A stretch of 63,976 nt of DNA, counting the filler, from Blastocystis sp. subtype 4 (taxonomy: Eukaryota): NCBI RefSeq assembly GCF_000743755.1. It is 6 parts of 6 records of this genome, joined end to end, with 100 filler letters (N's around TTAATTAATTAA, not from the genome) between each part and the next. Parts side by side here need not be neighbours in the genome. Positions count along the whole stretch, not along the records: positions 20,979 to 35,082 come from NW_014569218.1; positions 35,183 to 45,491 come from NW_014569217.1; 4 more parts are not named here. One strand, 5' to 3'. This document shows, one piece after another, positions 24,989 through 36,105 of this stretch (the stretch's first letter is position 1; every line of letters starts with the position of its first letter). The notes under the pieces were generated by a model. That model did not search any database. It was given only the letters and a program-made list of their open reading frames with translations, and was not told the origin of the DNA. A program made the translations under genes and the position numbers.

Positions 24989-26662
24989 ATGACTTAGCAA
25001 ATAAACTGACGAAAGCAGATACATCGCTTTCACTCCCATAACTCTTGCTAATGAAGTAGACTATTTCTCATCTGATAGAGGACACCTTCTTAGATAGGCA
25101 GGTGAATGAGAAATGGTTCGACCTAACATGGGCTATGTATAACATCAACTCATTCTGACTTACTTCTTTCCCCGCCTTCTGGATATATCCGAGTGTGTGG
25201 TTGAATACATCGTCTTCAGGGAATGCTGGAGGCATTTCATCAAAGTACTATAAGTTAATACAAGCATCCATTCTGACAAGATTGAATTGACGTGTCCAAA
25301 GAGGTCCTGAGAACATCTTTATCACATTGGCACCTGAGTTCAACAGATCTGAAACTGCTTCCGGTTGCATTAACATATGATGTTCACTTGTGGTGATGTT
25401 GACATTCCTCATGACGATTCGACTCAGAGCAATGACACGACGTAATCGATCATAGCAATGGTCCAGATACTTCGGATAATCGTTCTGAGAGTTAGCACGA
25501 TGTCAATTCCATACATGATTCTGATCTCTCCAGAAAGAGTAAATAGGTGTGTTCTTTGTCGGAATATACACTCCATAACTATAAATGAGACCTATTTAGC
25601 ACCATCACTCTAATCCATCAACATGCAACTCTTTCATTAACAGAATATCTTCAACCAGATTCTCATCGGTTTGGAAGGGAAGTCCAATCATGGTTCCAGA
25701 ATAGACTTCAAAACCTTCATGCATCATCTTATTAATGTTCCTATATCAAAACCTTATCGAATAATTACTCAATTCGTTCATCATATCCTCGTTCACGGAT
25801 AAAAACATCCTTATATAGAAGCCGATCTGCTGCTTCCATTCGTAAATACACAGTTTTGGCTCCTTTCTTATAATACCGTCGACATGTATTCATTGGAATT
25901 TCACCCATTTGCAAACCAATCTGGATAGGTGCACCTCCAGAATAATCGCCATTCTTGACCTATAGTGAAAGAGTACTAACAATATATACACGATAACCAC
26001 GATCAATTTCTATACTCTTCTGGATGGTATTTTCAATAATTGTTTCGATGAATTCAGTTCGACCTTCATTGTTGAATTCTCCGCTACTAATAACAATGGT
26101 TCCAACACCTTTGTTGTATAGCCATTCCATATTGTCATATACATGAGTCTAAGGATAAAAGGAAAAAATCAATCGGACTGGAAAGCACATGAAACGTTTT
26201 GCATCTTTATTTGAACGACGCATATAACAATGCTGACAGTTTCTCTCACACATATTATGCAAATCTGGTGATCATGTGTTCAGACAAAAGATACCCATAA
26301 AACCATGCAGATACACATAATTGGAGAAAATACTTTCAGTAATGGAATTAGCTTGAACAATATACGCGTTCACCTTCAAATGACTCCTACAGAAAGAAAA
26401 CATACCAAAGAAGGGTCTTCAGATTTTATCAGGTCTTCTAGTTGCTGTTGCGATAAATCATAACTATGTCCTATACATCACCTACCAAAAGTAATAGAGA
26501 ACCCTTCGAAAGTGGTTTTCCAAGAAATAATGAGAGTGGCTCTATCAATTATCATAACCAGAAGGTACTACGGACAACTTTCTCATTCCACACTCTTCTT
26601 TCTGCAATAGTTGAAAATGATCGTAGACCTCGGAAAGAAAGCTGGGAAAGTCGACTAATCAT
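24989..26662 (-). CDS. hydE: Radical SAM protein, [FeFe]-hydrogenase maturase HydE-like, with MRO presequence
   Basis: MISRLSQLSFRGLRSFST; VYLHGFMDLHNMCERNCQHCYMRRSNKDAKRF (CxxxCxxC at 26250-26227); SSGE; LRMEAAD; GTMIGLPFQT; YIPTKNTP; IALSRIV; GANVI. Last exon uncertain. Confidence 0.78.
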
Positions 26663-26701
26663 TGGGAGGAAAATACAAATGATTATACTAACAAACACTA
26701 T

Positions 26702-27205
26702 TTATAGAGTATTGCCTTCTGAATGTCCGACTAATCCAAATATAGTCTGCTGAAGGTGTAAAGTCTTTTCCGTAAGGAAAGAAAGTTGTTTTTCAACTGC
26801 CTCTCGATCCTAATTTATTAGAACAACTCTATCCCTTTACGTTATCTATTTCAGCTATACATGTAGTTGATTCTTGTCGAATATCGTCTATTTGACGAAT
26901 GAGTTCTCTATTCATTTATTCAGTACGATACTATACGTGACTTCTTTTGCGTACTTTTGACAGAACTCTTCCAGTTTTGTTTGAAAGAGAGAAAAGATTG
27001 GTATAACCACTTGTTGTTCATCTTCAGAGTTTACATCCGTAGGATGAGGAATGATTCTCAATGATTATCAGTCTTTGGAATCTTACTCTTCCTCTTCTTT
27101 ACATGGACCTTGCTTTATTCTCTTAATTTCGTCGGAGTCGTTGCCTTCATCTGTCGGTAAGGGAAGAAGAAGAGCAGTACAAGTTCGTTTGGTACTATCT
27201 TCCAT
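26702..27205 (-). CDS. Small unknown protein with coiled-coil C-terminus
   Basis: MEDSTKRTCTALLLPL... ending GHSEGNTL*, with TGTTTGTT 5 nt after the stop. Confidence 0.55.
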
Positions 27206-27287
27206 GTTGAATTGATTTGTGAAAAATCTATCATTTCCCTCCAAATGATTAGCCACAAACAGTTAAACACCAAATGTATACTATAGG

Positions 27288-28712
27288 CTATTGTTTATCT
27301 TCTGTTCTTTTCTTCAGTCCTGCAGCACCTCCTTTCGCTTTGATCTCATCAAGGAATGACATAGATGGCTTAACTGTTGTAGTCTGTGTGTCGGAAGTCT
27401 TCTTTAGTCCAACTGCACCTCCCTTTGCCTTGATTTCGTCAAGGAATGACGGTGTTGTAGCCTGAGGTTCTGATTCAGGTTTCTTCAGAGCAGCTGCACC
27501 TCCCTTTGCCTTAATTTCGTCAAGGAATGACGGTGTTGTAGCCTGAGGTTCTGGTTCAGATTTCTTTAGGCCAGCAGCACCTCCTTTCGCTTTGATCTCA
27601 TCAAGGAATGACATAGATGGGTTGACTGTTGTAGTCTGTGTATCGGAAGTCTTCTTTAGTCCAGCAGCACCTCCTTTCGCTTTGATCTCATCAAGGAATG
27701 ACCGTGTTGTAGCCTGAGGTTCTGATTCAGGTTTCTTCAGAGCAGCAGCACCTCCCTTTGCCTTAATTTCGTCAAGGAATGAAGGTGCATCTCCTTGTGG
27801 TTCCGGTTCCAGTTTCTTTAGGCCAGCAGCACCTCCTTTCGCTTTGATTTCGTCAAGGAACGATGGTGCCGCTTGAGTAGACACTACGGTATCATGCTTC
27901 AGAGCAGCAGCACCTCCTTTCGTTTTGATCTCATCAAGGAACGAAGGCATAGTTGCATGTGGTTCAGAAGTCTGCTTCAGACTAGAAGCACCTCCTTTTG
28001 CCTTAATTTCATTAACGAGCGAGGACGTGGTTTGAGTAGACACCACAGTAGCATGATGTTGTATAGGAGAACTGAAAGAAGCTGTATCTTCATTAACCGT
28101 TGCTTCATTCTCTTTCATATTATTATCTGCAGACACAAGGACTGTAGGCGAAACAGAATCCGAATCTTCAGATGAAGCCGATGTAGAAGTATCAGACAAT
28201 ATTGGAAGTAGAGACGAAGATGGATTCTAGATGAAACAACAATAACAATACTACTACTTCACGAAGCTCCCTTCGAAGCTCTTTTAACTGCTTCTTAATC
28301 TCGTGATTTTGTTTTTTCTGTGTTTTGCGTTGCTTTTTCAAGTCAAGATTCGAAATCTTAAGTTGTTCCAGTTGCTTGATCAAACCCATATGTTCTTCAT
28401 GGAGTAAATTAATCTGATTTGTCAAGTCTTGGCATCGTTTTCGTTCACTTTCAAGCTCAATAATGTAACTCTTTGCCATCATCCGTTGAAACTCACTTCC
28501 AATTACAATAATTCAATATCCACTACGCGAGACCATCTTCTACTTTAGGTCGAGTGCTAAATAGAGCATCGAAGGCAACAGTTATACACTTGACAATCCC
28601 TGAGTCATCTAGAAAATCCTTGAACTCTTGTTGCTTTGCTCTGGATCCCTACTCATGAAATGAATGAGTTGGTTACAACGGTAACGCTTTGTGAATTATA
28701 TACCGAGGTCAT
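27288..28712 (-). CDS. Tandem WH2-like repeat protein with MYCBP/docking-like N-terminus and coiled coil
   Basis: AKQQEFKDFLDDSGIVKCITVAFDALFSTRP, then a coiled coil, then nine SFLDEIKAKGGAA(G/A)LKK-type units. Confidence 0.75.
27305..28025 (-). repeat. Nine-unit coding repeat with a 252-nt higher-order duplication
   Basis: Recurrent cacctcc(t/c)tt(c/t)gc..tcaaggaatga; block at 27361 recurs at 27613. Confidence 0.9.
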
Positions 28713-29211
28713 GGACACGAAATCAAGGAAACGGTAACACCAAAAGTAATAAACAAATCCAAGATATACTGTATTCAATAAGATTTTCGCAATCCGTTTT
28801 TTGTATTGATTCTACGTTAATTCGTTCGGTACCGAAGATGACCAATAACCGAATAGTATAGTTTTCATTTAGAATAAGGATCTGATGAAGTTTTGATACC
28901 GAATCCTTTGTAGCACATGAAGTTCTTCGAATCATAGGATAATAGTTCATGGGAACTAAACCAGAAGTCCACTGCAGTCGACACCGTAAGATTCTGAAGA
29001 GTGCAATGAACCACTTAACACTAATGTGCTGTACATCCACAGAAATCCAATAAGCAGATTATATAAATAAGGTGTTTTCTGTCCTTGTTAGACCATTTCG
29101 TATTTCGTATCTTTTATTCGTCGACTTACCTAACAATACCATTTGAGTTTTGACAAGGATATGTAGGGAAAAAGAGTATGGATTAAGGTCCAGAGGAAAT
29201 GACGGACATTT

Positions 29212-31436
29212 ATGTATTTGACAACGAGAATGCTCTTACGAGTAAATTCTTTCAATCCGTCAAGAAACTCTATCCTGTATGATTCACCACTTTGGCTGAT
29301 CTCTAGTCCTTTGAGTCCATGGCATTCTCAAAAAAGTTGGTTATTGTTGTTCCTCTTCATATGTCGCTGGATAATGAAAAGTTCTCAAAAGCGTTTATTA
29401 GTTGATTTTCTTCTTTCTGCTTATGTCTAGATGCTCATTTGTTTCAACCTTCTGCTTATTATCGTGATCAGTATCAATCTTTCACAGGAAAGCAAGCTGA
29501 AATCAAATCGGATTTTCTCCTTATTCATGTAACTGCTGAGTTATCCATGTGAATGATAGAAACAGGGTTGTGATGATTCATCAATCGAGCGCAGCTGTCA
29601 GATTATTGAGGACAACGAAGTGTATAATGATCGTGATAGTCATCAATCATATCGATTGCTCCTTATTGATAAACCTGTTGAAGGCAAGTTCCATCCAATC
29701 AACAGTTCCCAAATAGGTCTTCGTGCTCTTTATCGTAAGAGTATTCCTGGTATGACTTATGCAACTGATTAACTGAAGAAATCTTGAGGTATGTCACATC
29801 GTGTTCTGATTCTCATGTTCTTCAAGAACTAAATTATGATTTGTACATATCCTTGTATTAAAAATGAATTCGTTCTTTTACTTCACTATTTAACAAGCGG
29901 GTATCAACATGATGACAATAAGAGTAGTTTGCTTTCTCGAATTTCAAATTGTATTGAAACTCACACAGAATCCTTTAGTCATCTCCCAGAATGGAACTGT
30001 GTGAATACTACAGGAGAGAAGATTCAGATTCTTCGCACCTGCATCGAGTGTTATGTGTTAGAAAAAACATTTGATTTGGTAACTACGAATCTATAGAATA
30101 ACATAAAGAGTTTTCGACTGGAATGTGACTCATGTTCTAAAGATGATTCGTTGCTTCAGAATTATGTGTCTACTATTCAAGTCGTTGTTTTGTAATCATT
30201 ATATTCATAGTCTCAAGGTGGTTTTACGCCAGCTGAAATATCCCTAAAACCGTTATTGTATATCCCTTCTTCTCTCGAATCAGCTACACGCATTCTGTCC
30301 ACATTATCATCAGCTCACAATACACTCCACATTCTTAAGATCATTTCCAATTGCATTTATGCAATTAACCGTGACATCTCAGAAACCGTTTCAAATCAAA
30401 CCGATTCTCATATTGATCTCACTGCAGACGACCTTGTTCCTTTGATCATTCTCACAGTACTTGCTATCTATCAATCTCATTCGTAGATCAGTCAATCATC
30501 CATATCTCACCTTAGTTCAATCCTAAATTACTGTTTAGATTTTGATTTTACGCAACTCAAAGAGAGAGAATTGGGGTAGGAATAATGAAGAGAGATAATT
30601 GAAGATTCTGCTTTGTTACATTCCAAATTGCAGTGTCTTTTCTACTGGAGAAAGCAAAGGAGAATTATCATGGTCTCTCTATTCTCTCGTCATCTCAAAG
30701 TCCATCTTCTCATAGTCCCAAATCATCTCTGAAACATTTTATGGATCCAATGAGAACAACAATGATCAAACAAAGAGATAGCAAGCAATCTGTTATGCGT
30801 CGTGGAAGTATTGCTTATGATCCACAATGTATGCTCTATCATCCTAACCGTCAACTCCGTCAAAGTGATCTCTCGCCTATTCATACTCCTTCGGTTTTCT
30901 CCCAGATTCTTGTCAAACATTACATTGAAACTTCTCCTTCGAACGAAGAACTAGTAACCGAAGACAAGTACTGGTGGACAAGCAAACAGATGACTAGAAA
31001 GAAGTTTGTGTTACCATGGAATCATCCTCTGACAGTAGCCAAACCACATTCACCTCGTCATGCAAAGGGATCTCCAAGTACAACTCCCCAGAAAGGGTCA
31101 ACAAACGAACTGACAATTCAAGAACCAGAGACTATTTCGGAACCTCATGCTTCGACAAAACGTCGCAATCGATATTGCTGTTGTATGTTGCGTCAGAAGG
31201 AGGATACCGATCAAGTTTTGGATCCTTTTGTTCCTGATATCCCTCCTCAAGTCCAAGAAGTGAGTATTCGAAAACGTGAAGGGAATCTCTCATTAAAAAC
31301 AGTGGAGTCGATTGAACGAGTTCGTTCTCAACCCAGTGAGGATCGAGGCATGGGTTCATTCATTGAAGACTTAAGACGATCGCAAGCACACAGTGTATCC
31401 TCTTTATCATGGAAGACAGACTCCAGTGCACATTAG
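29212..31436 (+). CDS. VPS9-domain Rab GEF (VARP/ANKRD27-like N-terminus, no ankyrins)
   Basis: LLIDKPVEG; DLTADDLVPLIILT; ELG|FCFVTFQIAVSFL. Start approximate. Confidence 0.8.
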
Positions 31437-31461
31437 GAGAGTGTTTGTTAATAAACATAGA

Positions 31462-32851
31462 ATGAAAGAGATCGTTTCTCAGAGTGAACTTGAGGAGATG
31501 ATGGAATCTGACCTTCTATCAATCGTGGTCCTTCTGTTTCGCTTCCTTTGCTCTGGGTAGTTTGCCTACTATTCACAGAATCAGGTTTCTCTTGAGAATA
31601 GACTGTAGATCGAGAGTAATTCACTGATTCTTCTCGATCGTACTCACGTTGTCGTTTCCACTTCCGATTACACAGTTTGAGAGGAACTTTTGTTAGCTAA
31701 ATCAGATTCACCGATCAATCTTACCATCAACTTGAAGAGATTCCATTCTTCCTGAACATGCCTCAATTTTGCCTCAACTTCTTTCATATTGACAGCCTGT
31801 TCTTGCTTAACCTGCCAATTCCAAATTCGTTCAACACAAGTACCAAACAACTGTACTCCTTGTTGAATATTCTGAAGAGCAGAATGATATACAAATAAAC
31901 TCAAGACAGATGGGTCAAACAACAGATCTAAATCTGTTTGATACAATGAGACGATAATGGAATCGGCTGAATCACTGATTTGTTTGAGAATGGACTCTGT
32001 TAATATCTCTTTATATTCATCTGTTTTTGACAATTCCAATAAAACGGCATCAAAGACCTAACATCAATTCTAATAATCATTTTTACTCTGCATGTTCTGT
32101 ATGGAGTATGAACGTAGATTTCATAGTGAATAGCATACATCAGCTTTTGTTCTGCACTAATGATGTCACTAGCTGATTCACTAAAGAGATTCCCCAATGT
32201 ATCTGCATCTATGGGAGTATAGTCGTCTGCCTAGAATAAACGAGGAACGAACGAACACATACCTTAATGGCCAGTAGGAAGGCAGCAGCACAGATTGTCT
32301 TTGGATTATACTGAAGGACACTCCTTGTGATAAAGAAACGCTTGACATAACTTGCAGCGAAGATCTGGACAGACCGATAGTCCATTTTCCCATACGAATA
32401 TCTCGGAAAAATGCCAAAGAGTTTTGAAATAAAATGATGGAGTAAAACACGTTCTTCATCAACCTAGATCTGAGTGAAACACGTCACATTTACAGATATA
32501 TATTTATTCATCTCTTCTGGCGTCACAGTGACTTCTACTGGAGTCGGTTCCGAAGGACCAGGTTGTTTTGGAGAATCATTGCTCAGAACAGTTGTCTCTT
32601 GTGGTCGATTGGGTGTACCAATAGCAGGTTGTTTGGATGGGATCTCTAAGGATTCATTTTGGTTGGTTTGCTATGAATGATTACTGAATGAAGTTATGTA
32701 CCTTTCGTTGTATTATGATCGATTTTATGATACGATTATGATTCTCTTGCCGAAGTTGGCCTTCCTATTACTTGTTCCATTGAAACTTACTCAATGCTTC
32801 TTTTGTAAATATCCAGTGATTTCGGTGTGTCGAATCCGAATAATCACTCAT
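31462..32851 (-). CDS. Cyclin H-like protein
   Basis: MSDYSDSTHRNHWIF; YVKRFFITRSVLQYNPKTICAAAFLLAIK; EQKLMYAIHYEIYVHTPYR. Confidence 0.82.
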
Positions 32852-32923
32852 GGCAATGAGAAATCTGTTTGTATCAAGAATCACGGTTATTTGACTAAAT
32901 AAACAAGATACTAGAATACAAAA

Positions 32924-34485
32924 TCAAATCATAATTCCATTTAACACAAATGCATTGATCATTTTTGTGATAAGGAAATAAGATAAGGCATAAGCAGTTA
33001 CTCCGAGAAGCATAGAGAAAGGAAGAGCAGGAAGAGCTTGTTCAAGGACACTTAATAATGCCATAGTCATAAGCAAACCCTAGAAATTGGACCTATAATC
33101 AACCGAACCTACTGAAAGAATGATAATGAAAACAAAGACAAAAGGAACAGTCGATGACAAACTGGCTTTGGAAACCATCAACGAGTAGAATATAAAGTCA
33201 CCCAATCCTAGTTGCACACTCTCTCCTAAACATGATTTCATCCAATAACACGTACGTTCAAAGATCCGATTGATCTCAAGACCTTCTTCCTCCTCATCCA
33301 CCTCCGAAGAAGGAAGATAATCTCCATCTGTTATCACTCCCTGCGAATCAGTCTTTGGCATCTCCGTAGCTCCTTCCTGATTCGTATCCTTCGATGCACC
33401 TTGCGTCGAAGTGTTCCCTGTGGACATCTCAGCCTGTCTAGATGGTTCATCCACAGTGGATCCTTTTGAAACTCCCTTCTTCTTTTCCTCAGCTCTATTT
33501 GTGATTTCAGGATTTCAATCCATACTCAATCAATTGTAAAGGAGCATCACTACGATCCAACGTCGTTTCATACAATAATCCCGGAATGGCATCCTCTCGA
33601 TCTCTTGATATATTTAACTATCCCATGATCTATTTCTATTCATACTCTACTAACATCTTTAATGGTCCACAAGGAGTTAATACAGCACACATATCATACA
33701 AAGCCATGGCTACGAGAAGAACCCATGTTGTCCACTATAATGATTACTAAATAGTTTTTGTTACATCAGGGAAGAAGGAAAGAAGATAACAAACCAAACA
33801 CGAAATGAATACGAGGAACGTCTTCTTCATTCCATCTGGTGCATACTATTGGCTAACACAATCAACACAAATCGTACCTTCCCAAAAATACAAACAACCG
33901 ACACAACGCCAAGGTTTACAAAAATGACGACCGAAGAGATGAGATCCCATGGAATTCGGTACTGAATCATCGCCATGTAGAATACGAACCAGCCAGTATA
34001 CCCAATAGCACTGAATGTTGCAAAATATAGCAGTGCATAAAGGACTTTTACACAGTGATACTTGTATAAGATGACCATAACAAATGTCATGAGACCAATA
34101 AAGATCACAATCACTAAAGCATTCACAACTGCTTGCCAAATAGAATCCCATGTATTATCAGCTTCTTGCTTGTAAACCATATACACCCTACAATCGCAAA
34201 GACAACCTAAATATACGTCATTCCCTCTTCCAGAGCTCCCACAATATCCGATGGACGGATCACATTTACTAAGATACTGCAATATGAAAAGAACTTAGAA
34301 AAGATACGTTGATATCAACATGGTCAACCCAACAGGGATAACGATGGATGATAGATGGTTCACACCGTACCAAATCACAAAGGTGGAATCTGTCAATAGA
34401 TTCTTCTCATCGTTCACTTCCTATCATGTGAAGTTCATACCAAAATACTTGCCTTTGGGGATGTATCTTCATGTGGTTCACTCAT
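32924..34485 (-). CDS. PSEN: Presenilin (gamma-secretase catalytic subunit)
   Basis: [32 protein letters not shown]; multiple TMs. Confidence 0.95.
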
Positions 34486-34739
34486 ACTGTTTTCCAAAAT
34501 GCTTCTTTGTTATATAGAACGAAAGAATGGAACACGCCAACATTGTGGCGTTTCTGGAATCTATCTTGTATTTATGACTTATGAAGTGGTTCAATAGGAT
34601 CTGTAGTGATATAATACCCAAGTGTTCACATTGACCATGAAGGGATAATCAAAGACTATTGCAAGAAATATTAAAATGGATTTTACAGATTTCAACGAAA
34701 CAATGGAAAGCCCTTTCAATGATCAATGCCTGCATCTCA

Positions 34740-35082
34740 ATAGTTTCCCCATTTCTTTTGTACCTCCTCCCTACATTTCTCTAAACTGGATTCCTGTGTA
34801 TTTCAAATAATCTATTCTTGGGAACACACATGCATGTAGTTGCATCATTGATATTGGAATAAACTGCCATTCGTCTCGTTCTTCAAAGACATACCTATCA
34901 ATTCCAAATGGGTCGTGTGATTCGAGGTGAGTATTTGTAGAATCGAATGAGCTCAAAATTGAGTTGATAGAATGAGTTTTGTATAAATGAGGTACTAACG
35001 AGTCGTGTAGGTCAGCGTAAAGGAGCAAAGGGAGCAGTGTTCCAAGCTCATACTCATCTTCGTAAGGGAGTTCCTCAATTCC
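34740..35082 (-). CDS. 3' part of unknown gene truncated by gap
   Basis: Open frame GIEELPYEDEYELGTLLPLLLYADLHDS...; 3' end not resolved. Confidence 0.4.
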
Positions 35083-35182
35083 NNNNNNNNNNNNNNNNNN
35101 NNNNNNNNNNNNNNNNNNNNNNNNNNTTAATTAATTAANNNNNNNNNNNNNNNNNNNNNNNNNNNNNNNNNNNNNNNNNNNN
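35083..35182. other. Assembly gap with linker
   Basis: N44-ttaattaattaa-N44. Confidence 0.98.
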
Positions 35183-35183
35183 G

Positions 35184-35330
35184 TTGAATGCTCTTCTTGG
35201 AAACGTCACAATTGCTTCTGGAGGTGTGATGCCTTTCGTACACTCGGAGTTGCTTCCTGAGAAGAAGGAAGGTGAGGAAGATGACGAGAAGGAAGACAAG
35301 GAGGATGAGAAGGAGGATGCTGAGGAATAA
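35184..35330 (+). CDS. H2A: Histone H2A C-terminal fragment with acidic tail
   Basis: [56 protein letters not shown] at 35365. Confidence 0.88.
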   Translation: MNALLGNVTIASGGVMPFVHSELLPEKKEGEEDDEKEDKEDEKEDAEE

Positions 35331-35454
35331 TCGACTAGTTTTTGTGAAAACTGTTGAAAGTGATTGTTTGTTATCAAATACGGAGGATTCAATTCGTTAA
35401 TATCCCTCAGTCTCTGAAGCTAGTTTCTTCGGGATACAACCACCTATTCATACT

Positions 35455-36045
35455 ATGATGAAATCCATCTTTGACTTTGTTGTTCAAGAGTAGTATCTAG
35501 GATTCTCCTTCAGAGATAGTATCACAGGAAATCCATGTGCCTTCTCTCGCTTCAAGGGAAATGTACTTCTGATTGTTAATACTGCTTCATCCTGTGGTTT
35601 TACTCCTCAATACAAAGAGTTAGAGACACTTTATGAGAAATACAAAGAGAAGGGATTCACAGTGATTGCCTTTCCTTGTAATCAATTCCTATCTCAGGAG
35701 TCTGGAACCAGTGAGGACATTCAGAAATTCGTCAAAGAACAGTATGGGATTACGTTTCCTGTGATGGCGAAGAGTGATGTGACTCTCTTTGACTCCTATA
35801 ACCAATAGGTGAATGGCTCTAATACCAATGAAGTGTTCTCATATCTAAAACACTCCCTCTCTGGGTTCCTTGGCTCGTTCTCTCTTGAACCTTGAGTGAT
35901 TCATAGAAGAGTCAAGTGGAACTTCACCAAGTTTCTTATTGGAAGAGATGGTCAACCTGCCAAGCGTTATAGTCCAACCACTTCTCCTCTCTCCATTGAA
36001 CAGGACATCTGTAAGGAACTCGAAAAGCCTAATCCATTCAATTGA
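35455..36045 (+). CDS. GPX: Glutathione peroxidase family (Cys-type)
   Basis: [35 protein letters not shown]; three short introns; absent from the ORF track. Confidence 0.93.
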
Positions 36046-36105
36046 CTTGTTTCAATCTTAACAAACACTCTATGAAACTAGAATAAATGAATAAGATCGA
36101 TGTTC

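Noticed and set aside
27305..28025. Repeat with variable spacers resembling a CRISPR array
   Set aside because: In-frame coding repeat with wobble variation and duplicated spacers in a eukaryotic gene; no cas genes.
28723..29140. Possible small minus-strand gene between the WH2 and VPS9 genes
   Set aside because: Could not build a consistent exon chain or recognise a product; unresolved rather than disproved.
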